Below the pieces are notes generated by a model that was not told the origin of the DNA, did no database searches, and saw nothing but the letters and a program-made list of their open reading frames with translations. A stretch of 64,000 nucleotides of DNA from an uncultured Elusimicrobia bacterium (lineage in GTDB: Bacteria; Elusimicrobiota; Elusimicrobia; 2-01-FULL-59-12), in the NCBI GenBank assembly GCA_963702895.1, contig OY969767.1:320001-384000 (forward strand), written 5' to 3'. A program made the position numbers and the translations under genes. Positions 29,594 through 37,795 of this stretch are shown here, piece after piece. How positions within the stretch are numbered: position 1 is the first letter of the stretch; each line of letters starts with the position of its first letter.

Positions 29594-30016
29594 CTATTTC
29601 AGCTGGCGAAGGATCTGGCTGCCTTTGTCCGCGTCGGCCGCGTTGTCAAAGGCAATGACGACTGAACATTGCTTGCCGAGAACGTGCGCGGAGATGGCGC
29701 GCAGATTCAGGCCCGCGGCCCCTAACGCCTGGGTGATTTGATGCCCAAGTCCCGGTCGATTGTCCGCCGTCGCGCGCAGACCTACGACGTCCTGCCTCGG
29801 AGCAAATCCCGCGCGCCGCGCGGCCTCTTCCTGTTTCCCTGACTTGATCGGCGACACAAACAGGATGGCTTTGCCCAACTTGTCCGGCTGCCGGCGGGCG
29901 AGGGCAAACTGCAGGTCCGCGCCGGCTTCGGCCAGGACGCTGAAGAGTCCCGTCGTCGCCCCGGGCTTATCGTCCAACTCCGCGGTCCAAATGTCGATTT
30001 TCTCAATGGTGATCAT
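29594..30016 (-). CDS. Tandem ACT-domain protein
   Basis: DDKPG..LAEAGADL and DNRPGLG..LGAAGLNL repeats; GGAGG SD. Confidence 0.85.
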   Translation of the reverse strand: MITIEKIDIWTAELDDKPGATTGLFSVLAEAGADLQFALARRQPDKLGKAILFVSPIKSGKQEEAARRAGFAPRQDVVGLRATADNRPGLGHQITQALGAAGLNLRAISAHVLGKQCSVVIAFDNAADADKGSQILRQLK

Positions 30017-30148
30017 GGATAGCCTCCTTTGGCTGGAAAGGTCCGGATGATGACCCTATTAAAGCGCTTCAGGACGTGGAAGAAAAGAGGGCAGGGGGAG
30101 AAAGGGGATCGCCGGCATCACGGCAGCCCATCGTGCGAACCGAAGTCC

Positions 30149-30736
30149 TCAGAGCGCCATTCCGAAACCGATGGAGACTAACGTGCCATTTTTGTAAGAA
30201 AGGAAGCCGCGTCCGTTCGTCCCTTCGTCGGGGTCCCAAAACGTTTGGGTCTCAGTCTCTCCGGACTTTTTCGTGTTGGGCTTGGCCCAGTCAAGATGAA
30301 GCCCGCTTTTGGTCGTGGCTTCTTTTAATTGGCGGACCGCCTCGGTTTCGTTCTTAAATCCATTCTTCGTCGTTAGAGAGATCACGCTCGTTTCGGGAGG
30401 AAGCGATTCGGCGCTGTAGGTGGTCCCATCTTGGAAGTGGTAGACCACAGACCCGAATTGGCCTTCCTCCGTCGTCGCCGTAATTTTTGCTTCGCAGGCG
30501 GCTGGAAGCCCCGCTTGGCTGAGCGCGAAGCGGAAAAGGACCTCTTCGAGGATCGCGTCTTGCCGGGCCTGGACCCACGCGCGATTCTTTTCGCCCGTGC
30601 ATGGGACGAGAGAGGTTCTATCCAACAGCTCAGCCGGAGTTTTACGCCGAGGGGAGTCCGCAAAAGCGGTCGTAGCGGTTAAGCTCCCTGCCAGCATCAG
30701 GATCCAAACGGTATTTCGGCAATGGATTTCGTTCAC
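30149..30736 (-). CDS. Secreted hypothetical protein (start uncertain)
   Basis: Signal-peptide-like WILMLAGSLTATTAFA followed by a globular-looking domain. Confidence 0.6.
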   Translation of the reverse strand: MNEIHCRNTVWILMLAGSLTATTAFADSPRRKTPAELLDRTSLVPCTGEKNRAWVQARQDAILEEVLFRFALSQAGLPAACEAKITATTEEGQFGSVVYHFQDGTTYSAESLPPETSVISLTTKNGFKNETEAVRQLKEATTKSGLHLDWAKPNTKKSGETETQTFWDPDEGTNGRGFLSYKNGTLVSIGFGMAL

Positions 30737-30922
30737 AGCGAGACCAATTTTATCATTCCAAGAACCTCGTTCTCCGAATTGGATGTCGCGGGATAGCGAC
30801 AAATCATACAGAACCGCCGGTCGATCCGGCGGACCGTCCTTACGGATCTCCTGTGACCTCTTACCGACGGTGTCGTGAATATTCTTCGGGTTTTTGCATC
30901 TAAGGAGTAGAGGAGGTGGAGT

Positions 30923-31102
30923 ATGAACCCACTGGATCAACAGATTGAAGCGGTTGTGAGCGTCTTGAGAGCCCATGGAGCGGTGGTCGGAATTGACCCC
31001 ACGGCGCCGGATGACGTTAAAAAGGCCTTTCTTGAAGTGCTCTTGAATTGCCCTGAGTGCAGGGAGGTCATCCTGGGTGACCATGATGGCTGCGCGAACT
31101 GA
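30923..31102 (+). CDS. 59-aa CxxC small protein, below the ORF-track cutoff
   Basis: GGAGGTGG SD; reads MNPLDQQIEAVV...LLNCPECREVILGDHDGCAN-stop. Confidence 0.7.
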   Translation: MNPLDQQIEAVVSVLRAHGAVVGIDPTAPDDVKKAFLEVLLNCPECREVILGDHDGCAN

Positions 31103-31142
31103 GGCCGGGCGAGGCCTTGGTGCTTAAATCCAAGGGCCTAAA

Positions 31143-32222
31143 ATGACTCAGAAATCGTCTGCCAAGGCGATCGTCGTCAGGCCGCGCGCTCTGCCACAGA
31201 ATAAGATCGTCTCCAGCCTTTTCAAAGACGTCAGCGCTCTCATCGAATCCGCCAGACAACAGGTGGCGGCTGCCGTCAACGCCAGCCTTGTGTTGCGGAA
31301 CTGGCATATTGGCCAAAGAGTTCGCCGGGATATTCTCGGGCTTGAACGCGCAGAATACGGGAAGCGGATTGTCTCGACGCTGTCCAGACAATTAACCCTG
31401 AGGTGCGGTCCCGGCTACTCCAGGGCGAATCTCTTCCATATGATCCACATGGTCGAGATGTTCCCGGATTCTGAAATTGTCTCGACACTGTCTAGACAAT
31501 TAGGCTGGTCCCATTTTCTCGAGATTCTCTATCTGAACGATCCCCTCCAGCGTGATTTCTATGCTGAGTTGTGTCGCGTCGAGCAATGGAGCGTGCGGAC
31601 TCTTCGCCATAAGATCAGAGGGATGCTGTTTGAGCGCACAGGCCTTTCGAAAAGACCGGCCGATGTCGCCAAAGGAGAGCTCATGAAGCTGCGCGAGAGT
31701 GACAAGTTGACTCCCGATCTTGTTTTCAGAGATCCCTACTTTCTGGATTTTCTCGATCTCCGGGGCGCTTACAGTGAAAAGGATCTGGAGGGGGCTATTC
31801 TTCGGGAACTGGAGCGCTTCCTTGTCGAACTGGGCACAGACTTCACCTTTGTGGCGAGACAGAAGCGCATGCGCCTCGGCAACAAAGATTATCACCTCGA
31901 TCTGCTGTTCTTCCATCGCCGCCTGCGGGCTTTGGTGGCGATCGAGCTCAAACTAGATCGTTTCGAGCCGGCAGATATGGGGCAGATGGAATTTTATTTG
32001 AGGTGGCTTGAAAAGCACGAAAGACGGCCAGGAGAGAATGCTCCGGTGGGACTTATCCTGTGCGCTAGCAAAAGCCATGAAGATGTAGAGCTGGTGCGCT
32101 TGTGCCGTCGCGGCATCCAGATTTCGGAATACGTCACGCAGTTGCCGCCTCGTCGCCTGCTTGAGAAAAAGCTTCAAGAAGCCGTGCGGCTTGCTCGCGA
32201 GCGCGTGCTCACGAAGAGATAA
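31143..32222 (+). CDS. DUF1016 / YhcG-like nuclease family protein (second paralog)
   Basis: RAEYGKRIV, LGWSHF, RDPYFLDFL, DLLFFHRRL, IELK and PVGLILC motifs. Confidence 0.92.
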   Translation: MTQKSSAKAIVVRPRALPQNKIVSSLFKDVSALIESARQQVAAAVNASLVLRNWHIGQRVRRDILGLERAEYGKRIVSTLSRQLTLRCGPGYSRANLFHMIHMVEMFPDSEIVSTLSRQLGWSHFLEILYLNDPLQRDFYAELCRVEQWSVRTLRHKIRGMLFERTGLSKRPADVAKGELMKLRESDKLTPDLVFRDPYFLDFLDLRGAYSEKDLEGAILRELERFLVELGTDFTFVARQKRMRLGNKDYHLDLLFFHRRLRALVAIELKLDRFEPADMGQMEFYLRWLEKHERRPGENAPVGLILCASKSHEDVELVRLCRRGIQISEYVTQLPPRRLLEKKLQEAVRLARERVLTKR

Positions 32223-32238
32223 CTTTTGGGGGAACACG

Positions 32239-32616
32239 ATGGCGGCGCGAACGGAGGCGACATCGTGGCCGATCGGTGAAGGTGAGCACCGCGGCCGGAT
32301 CGATCGGATTCGTGGGCAGCAAGTCATGATTGATGGAGAGCTGGCGGAGCTCTACGGGGTTGCGGTCAAAGTCCTCAACCAGTCCGTGCGCAGGAACCTC
32401 AAGCGTTTCCCGCCGGAATTCATGTTCCAACTTACCCCAGTCGAACACGAGATCATCCGGTCACAATTTGTGACCGGATCTCGCCGCGTGGAAAAGCTCG
32501 AAGGTCGTCTGCACATTGCGGAAACCGACATCCGGCTCCTGCGCGCTGATGTGGGGGATTTGAAGGCTCTGCCCAAGGAGCCGCACCGCCGGGTCCGGGG
32601 GTTTGCGGCGGCGTAG
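32239..32616 (+). CDS. ORF6N DNA-binding domain protein with in-frame internal deletion (possibly pseudogene)
   Basis: IRGQQVMID.ELAELYGV..LNQSVRRN..RFPPEFMFQL; lacks the FTEQGVAMLSSVL block present in the paralog. Confidence 0.8.
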   Translation: MAARTEATSWPIGEGEHRGRIDRIRGQQVMIDGELAELYGVAVKVLNQSVRRNLKRFPPEFMFQLTPVEHEIIRSQFVTGSRRVEKLEGRLHIAETDIRLLRADVGDLKALPKEPHRRVRGFAAA

Positions 32617-32713
32617 GAGGAGCAGAATCCGTACGGCGTCCTCGGGAAATGGATGCTTCCCGGGGAAATAAACCGAATAAAAATCGCACTTATACATTTA
32701 AAGGAGGTGGACC

Positions 32714-33193
32714 ATGAAGAGTCCCCAAAATGCAGAAAAGCAGTCTGATCCCAAGAAAACGAAGTCAGCAAATGAAATCCAAGAAGCCGCACCGGAACCC
32801 TGTGCCTGCTGCGCGGTCTTTTTCAGCGATTATGCTGTCCAGGAACTGGAACATCGATGGAACAGCCCGCGCGGTCTGCGGGCCTTGATCAACGAGCTTC
32901 TCGAAGAAGGGTTCGGCCATTTCGCCAAGTCCGTGTTATGGCGCTGGCACAAGCTGGTTCCGAACTCGCCAGACTATGACGTCATGTTGTGCCGTATCAG
33001 CGACCAAATATGGCTGGCCGGATCGTCCAAAACAATCCATAGCCTGGACAAACCCATGACGGACGCCGATATCGAGCGTGCCGTGGCGCATGACATGGCG
33101 TTGTTGCAGCATGAGTGGGCCAGGGATGCGAACATGTCAGCTCAGTTGCGGAAAGGCCGAAAGCCGGCGAAAGAACAACGTGCATTGGGATAG
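32714..33193 (+). CDS. Hypothetical protein
   Basis: AAGGAGGT SD; co-oriented with neighbours; CACC motif. Confidence 0.65.
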   Translation: MKSPQNAEKQSDPKKTKSANEIQEAAPEPCACCAVFFSDYAVQELEHRWNSPRGLRALINELLEEGFGHFAKSVLWRWHKLVPNSPDYDVMLCRISDQIWLAGSSKTIHSLDKPMTDADIERAVAHDMALLQHEWARDANMSAQLRKGRKPAKEQRALG

Positions 33194-33227
33194 GATTCTT
33201 TCATCAAAGGGTTAGGAGGTGGTCTCG

Positions 33228-33782
33228 ATGACTGTAATTGGAACAAGAGATGTTGCCGCAAGAATCTTCAAGGTGCGTGGCCAGCAAGTCATGCTCGATA
33301 ATGATTTGGCTTATCTGTATGGTGTCCCGACGAAATATCTGAACCAGCAAGTACGCAGAAACGTATCGAGATTCCCGTCTGATTTTATGTTTCAGCTCAC
33401 AGCCGCTGAAGTCGATGCTTTGAGGTTGCAAATCGCAACCTCAAAGAGAGGAAGGGGAGGGCGGCGCTACTCGCCCTTGGTGTTCACGGAACAGGGAGTC
33501 GCGATGCTTTCGTCCGTCCTGAATAGCGAGCGTGCGGTGCAAGTGAATATCGCGATCGTGCGCGCCTTTGTGAAGTTGAGGCATGCGCTGGCGAATAATC
33601 GCTTCCTTGCCCACAAGATGGAGGAAATGGAAGGGCGCCTTCATATCGCGGAAACCGACATCCGGCTCTTGAGTGCCGACGTCGGAGCATTGAAGGCTTC
33701 GCCGAAGGAGCTCAGGCGGCGGGTTCGGGGGTTTGCGGCGGAGGGGCAGGATGGAACGGCGAATGAGCAAGAGGATCGGTAA
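33228..33782 (+). CDS. ORF6N DNA-binding domain protein
   Basis: VRGQQVMLD, RFPSDFMFQL and FTEQGVAMLSSVLNSERA motifs; AGGAGG SD. Confidence 0.9.
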   Translation: MTVIGTRDVAARIFKVRGQQVMLDNDLAYLYGVPTKYLNQQVRRNVSRFPSDFMFQLTAAEVDALRLQIATSKRGRGGRRYSPLVFTEQGVAMLSSVLNSERAVQVNIAIVRAFVKLRHALANNRFLAHKMEEMEGRLHIAETDIRLLSADVGALKASPKELRRRVRGFAAEGQDGTANEQEDR

Positions 33783-33803
33783 AGAAAATTGAAAATAGCT
33801 CAA

Positions 33804-34229
33804 ATGAAAGAGGCAAAGAGTGAAAAAGGGGATGGGGCAGACCCGCGAGAAGAATTTGGGCACAGATGCCGGGCATTCGCCGCATTAGTTCTGCGGTATA
33901 CGAGCCGGTTCCCGAAGGACAAGAAAGGCCGCTATTTGGCGGACCAACTCCTGAGAAGCGGAACGTCGATCGGGGCAAACGTGCATGAAGCTCAAGCTGC
34001 CCAATCGCGAGCGGACTTCATTTCGAAGATGAATATTGCGCTAAAGGAAGCGCGGGAGGCAACTTACTGGCTGGAAACAATGAGAGACGCCCATTACATG
34101 CAGGAGACGGAAGCCGCCGCTCTTGGGCGGGAAGCACCACAGCTCGCCGCCATCCTGGCACAATCCATCATCACCGCAAAGGCAAACGGCCGGACAACGA
34201 CAGAGAAAATTGAAAATAGCTCAGCGTAA
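33804..34229 (+). CDS. Four-helix-bundle protein (23S rRNA IVP-like family)
   Basis: QLLRSGTSIGANVHEA..SRADFISKMNIALKEAREATYWL. Confidence 0.92.
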   Translation: MKEAKSEKGDGADPREEFGHRCRAFAALVLRYTSRFPKDKKGRYLADQLLRSGTSIGANVHEAQAAQSRADFISKMNIALKEAREATYWLETMRDAHYMQETEAAALGREAPQLAAILAQSIITAKANGRTTTEKIENSSA

Positions 34230-34390
34230 ATAGCCAAAGATCAAAAAGTCGCTATTTTCATTTTTCAATTTTCTCTTTGCTCTGCAGAACGGCCGGACAA
34301 CGCCATAGAGAATTGAAAATAGCTCAGCGTAAATAGCTAAAGATCAAAAAGTCGCTATTTTCATTTTTCAATTTTCTCTTTGCTCTGCAG
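34185..34390 (+). repeat. Two tandem 103-bp near-identical units, each an internal inverted repeat
   Basis: Units start at 34185 and 34288, with a third partial start at 34391. ATTGAAAATAGC pairs with GCTATTTTCATTTTTCAAT. Confidence 0.9.
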
Positions 34391-34427
34391 AACGGCCGGT
34401 GATCCCTTAAGGGAACCACCGGCCGTT
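34391..34427 (-). terminator. Stem-loop downstream of the tRNA-fMet 3' remnant
   Basis: AACGGCCGGTG-ATCCCTTAAGGGAAC-CACCGGCCGTT. Confidence 0.6.
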
Positions 34428-34430
34428 CTG

Positions 34431-34594
34431 TTGCGGGGGTAGGATTTGAGCCTATCCCTCGCCGCCTTATTTGCTTTAGGGGAATGCGGCTTGGGACCTG
34501 GGCGCTCACGATCTCGCACCCGTGCCTGGGCTCAGCTCGGATTCCCAAAGCCCCACTGGGGCTTTGACCCTCGCCAGGCACCCTTCGGGTTATG
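34431..34594 (-). pseudogene. 3' half of tRNA-fMet interrupted by a ~125-bp insert
   Basis: 34431-34454 matches the tRNA at 23/24; CCTTCGGGTTATG resumes at 34582-34594. Confidence 0.8.
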
Positions 34595-34823
34595 CTTCTT
34601 TTCGCAACCTCTCGTATTCTTCTGGAGTGACTTCGATATCACGGAGGATGGCTCGAATGAGCCCTCGTCCCAAGTCTTCGCCGCGATGGATTGGAACCAC
34701 TGTGGCGCGGCCGTCAGAATGACGAAAGAAAGCGTGACTCCCTTTTTGACGTATTAAAGAAAAACCCAGATGCCGTAAAATCTTCGACATCTGGGCGGCT
34801 GAAACGAGTGTCAGCTTGCTCAT
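34590..34823 (-). CDS. hicA: HicA-family toxin
   Basis: LGFSLIRQKGSH..HSDGRATVVPIH..GLIRAIL. Confidence 0.92.
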   Translation of the reverse strand: MSKLTLVSAAQMSKILRHLGFSLIRQKGSHAFFRHSDGRATVVPIHRGEDLGRGLIRAILRDIEVTPEEYERLRKEA

Positions 34824-35041
34824 TACACGGCGATTTGAAGCTGATGAACACCTACAAATCGATTCTGAATCAAATTCCGCTTTTCAACGCTCAGGCAAAG
34901 TTTGATCGCTTCTTTAAGCCGCTTCTCTAATTCGGCAAGGGAACGCGCCTGGGTATGGCACCCTTTTAAGCCGGGCACGATCCCGACATAGACGCCATCT
35001 TCATCTTGTTCGATTAACACGGGGAACTGATACTTCTTCAT
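34823..35041 (-). CDS. hicB: HicB-family antitoxin (short form)
   Basis: VLIEQDEDGVY..VPGLKGCHTQA..KEAIKL. Confidence 0.9.
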   Translation of the reverse strand: MKKYQFPVLIEQDEDGVYVGIVPGLKGCHTQARSLAELEKRLKEAIKLCLSVEKRNLIQNRFVGVHQLQIAV

Positions 35042-35072
35042 AATCAAAAACCCACGACTTCGCATGGATTCA

Positions 35073-35088
35073 TGGTTGCGGGGGCACG
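35073..35088. mobile_element. att-like junction: tRNA-fMet 3' end with CCA joined to CACG
   Basis: TGGTTGCGGGGGCACG; GGTTGCGGGGGCACG recurs at 46950. Confidence 0.75.
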
Positions 35089-35321
35089 ATTAAAACATTT
35101 CAAAGGTTCCCCTGCCCCCAAATAGTGCTAAATTTGGCCGTTTCACGCAAGCAGCGCTGGCCGTTTGGCTTCGAAATACTCCGAGAATTCACATATCCGG
35201 CTAGCTATCCCTACCCCATCGCCGCCGACAAGGTCGAACCTGAGTCGCAGGCGGTGGCCCAAGAAACACTCTGTGTCCCTTGATCTGGCGGCTTCGCCGC
35301 CGAATCGCTCGCTGACCGGCT

Positions 35322-36242
35322 TTAGATCTCCCTTTTGACTTCGCGCAGTTCCTTATTGGTGTGGCGGGAGCCACCAACCAAACCTGTGATTTTCTTACTG
35401 AGGACAGCTGCAATTAAGAGCGCGAAGGCAATACTGATATCGGTAGGCCCTAGAGGCCAGTCCAGCTGGTACGATACCAGGAAGCCAACCACACCGCTGA
35501 CTCCTCCCATCAAGGCCGCCAGCAAGAAGAATGAGCCCATGTGCTTGCAAAAACGTCGGGCGGCCAAGGGCGGGATGATCAAAAAGGCGAAGGTCAGCAT
35601 GGGGCCCACGATGAGCACGCCCATCGAAATCGCAATTCCCATGACCGCATACAGAAGAATATCCCACAGAATCACCGGGCTCCCCATAACCTGCGCGGCG
35701 TCGCGATCATAGGAAACGCTGAGAAACTGACGATTAAATAGCACTAGCACCACGGTCAAAACACCGTAAGCGGCCAGAATCAAATAGAGGTCGCGGTGGC
35801 TCACCGTTACGATCTCTCCATGCAGCATGTTCAGCATTTCGATTTTGCCCGAGGCGTTCGCCGCCACGAGCAAAATAGACGCCGCAAAGGCCAGCGCATA
35901 GGCGGCTCCAATCCGGCTCTCGGAGGCCCCTTCCCTCCGACGTTCTAGCCAAGCGAGTATCAAGAGCGCCCCGAAGCCGAACAGGAAGGATCCCATAAGC
36001 GCCAGGAAACGGTCATTGGCTTCGCCGGGATGAAGAGACCAGGTCACACCCAGCCCCTGAAGGAAAAACGCGAAGGCGATGCCGGCGGCTGAAATCTGAG
36101 GCAATGCGACACCGAGCAAAGTCATCCGGCGAAGCATAAAGTAAACGCCGATGAGCGGACAGAAAATCCCGACCACGACGCTCCCCCACAGCGCGTTCTG
36201 CAGAAGAAAGCCCGGATGAAAGACGGTTATGAACGTGTTCAT
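35322..36242 (-). CDS. znuB: Zn/Mn ABC transporter permease
   Basis: Polytopic membrane protein; IGVYFMLRR, SYDRDAA and LDWPLGP motifs. Confidence 0.85.
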   Translation of the reverse strand: MNTFITVFHPGFLLQNALWGSVVVGIFCPLIGVYFMLRRMTLLGVALPQISAAGIAFAFFLQGLGVTWSLHPGEANDRFLALMGSFLFGFGALLILAWLERRREGASESRIGAAYALAFAASILLVAANASGKIEMLNMLHGEIVTVSHRDLYLILAAYGVLTVVLVLFNRQFLSVSYDRDAAQVMGSPVILWDILLYAVMGIAISMGVLIVGPMLTFAFLIIPPLAARRFCKHMGSFFLLAALMGGVSGVVGFLVSYQLDWPLGPTDISIAFALLIAAVLSKKITGLVGGSRHTNKELREVKREI

Positions 36243-36976
36243 ACGCCCGCCTCAAGAAGTTCCACGATGCGGTCCGGCGACAACATTTCCACCGCTGGTC
36301 CGCAGAGGATGCCCCCATTGTTGACCACGATGACCCGCTCCACGCGGTTGCGGAGCGATTGCATGTGATGGGAGACCATCAATATGGCCATTTGGGACTG
36401 CTTATGAAGTTGTTTCAGGAGTGCAAGAATGCTTTCCTCCGCCACCGGATCGATCCCTGCCGTCGGTTCGTCCAGGACGAGCAGGCGCGGGTTTACCGCC
36501 AGCGCCCGGGCAATGAGAACGCGTTGGCGCTGTCCGCCAGACAAGAGAGCAAAAGGATGGTCGCTGAACTCCGCCATGCCCACCTTCTGGAGGCAATCCC
36601 AGATCATGGATTTGCCTTCCCGGCCAGGCAACCGGTACCACGGGAGCGGTCCTGCCACTCCCATGCGCACGACATCCCAGGCCGTCAGCGGATAGATCGG
36701 ATCAAGGGTCTCTCTCTGCGGGACATACCCGATCCGCCCAAGGAGTTCCGGAGAGCGAGTCACTTCTCCTATATGCGGGGGAAGGAGACCTAGTAATCCT
36801 TTAAAAAGAGTGCTCTTCCCGGCCCCGTTAGGGCCAATGAGCCCGATAAACTCTCCGCGTCGCACACAAAGCGAGACGTCTCTAATGACAGGACGTTCGT
36901 TGTAACCGAAGGCCGCCTGTTTGATATCGATCAGAATGTTTTCTTCCATCTTTTCCTCCTTGCCCGCGCTATTCAT
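36239..36976 (-). CDS. znuC: Zn/Mn ABC transporter ATPase
   Basis: GPNGAGKST, IGYVPQR, LSGGQRQR and LDEPTAGID motifs. Confidence 0.88.
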   Translation of the reverse strand: MNSAGKEEKMEENILIDIKQAAFGYNERPVIRDVSLCVRRGEFIGLIGPNGAGKSTLFKGLLGLLPPHIGEVTRSPELLGRIGYVPQRETLDPIYPLTAWDVVRMGVAGPLPWYRLPGREGKSMIWDCLQKVGMAEFSDHPFALLSGGQRQRVLIARALAVNPRLLVLDEPTAGIDPVAEESILALLKQLHKQSQMAILMVSHHMQSLRNRVERVIVVNNGGILCGPAVEMLSPDRIVELLEAGV

Positions 36977-37718
36977 GGGCTAAAAGCAAAAACATCGTCC
37001 CAATCCCGAGAATCATGGCCAGGAGCTGCCCCAACGATTTCAAAGGTGCGCATTCTTTTTGAAGCTCCGGCGTCAGATTGGAACCGGCGATATAGATGAA
37101 GGATCCAGCCGTCACGCCCAGAGCAGCCCACGGGAAGTCAAAGGAGCTGGGCCGGAAGCTGAAGGGCAGGAACACGCCTAAAAGACAGGTACAGGCGGAT
37201 AGAAAATTGAAGAACAAAGCCCGTGTCCGACTATACCCCGCATCCACCAGAACGCCGAAATCCCCAATTTCGTGAGGAAGCTCGTGAAGGGCTACGGCGA
37301 TCGTAGTGGCCATGCCCACGTCAAGGCTGACCATATAGCTCGCCCCGATCATGATTCCGTCCACCAAATTGTGCAGGCCGTCTGAGACCATAATAATGCG
37401 CCCCACGGGCTTGATCCCGCCGTGCGGGTGAATGCCATGTTCGTGCTTCCACCGAAGAAACTTCTCAAACACGAAAGAAGTCAGAATACCGGATAACACC
37501 CAAAGAGACCCCTGCAAACGCCGCTCCGGGAACTTGAAGACGTCGGGCAAAAGGTGCAATGCCGCATCGCCAAACATCGCGCCCGTAGCCAAGCTCACGA
37601 GCAGATACGTGATCGACCGAAGCCGCTCCTCCCGCAATGGCAGCAGGAACAACCCGGCGAAAGACAGCAGGCTGACACAAAAGGCGCTAAGAAGCGCCTG
37701 GGGCATGAGTTCAGGCAT
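36969..37718 (-). CDS. ZIP family metal transporter
   Basis: DGLHNLVDG and HELPHEIGDF motifs; HEHGIHPH loop. Confidence 0.92.
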   Translation of the reverse strand: MPELMPQALLSAFCVSLLSFAGLFLLPLREERLRSITYLLVSLATGAMFGDAALHLLPDVFKFPERRLQGSLWVLSGILTSFVFEKFLRWKHEHGIHPHGGIKPVGRIIMVSDGLHNLVDGIMIGASYMVSLDVGMATTIAVALHELPHEIGDFGVLVDAGYSRTRALFFNFLSACTCLLGVFLPFSFRPSSFDFPWAALGVTAGSFIYIAGSNLTPELQKECAPLKSLGQLLAMILGIGTMFLLLAHE

Positions 37719-37745
37719 TGAGAACCACCCTAAGCGAAAATATAG

Positions 37746-37785
37746 CTGGCGGGGGGGTGAAAAAGGGGGCCCACCCCCCCGCCAG
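37746..37785. terminator. Intra-operon GC stem-loop after the binding-protein gene
   Basis: CTGGCGGGGGGGTG..CACCCCCCCGCCAG. Confidence 0.6.
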
Positions 37786-37795
37786 TAAGAACCGT

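Noticed and set aside
30737..31084. Long N-terminal extension of the 30149 minus-strand ORF
   Set aside because: It overlaps the better-supported plus-strand 59-aa ORF, and the signal peptide begins near 30736.
34185..34400. Possible CRISPR array
   Set aside because: Only two 103-bp near-identical units with no unique spacers, and no cas genes in the window.
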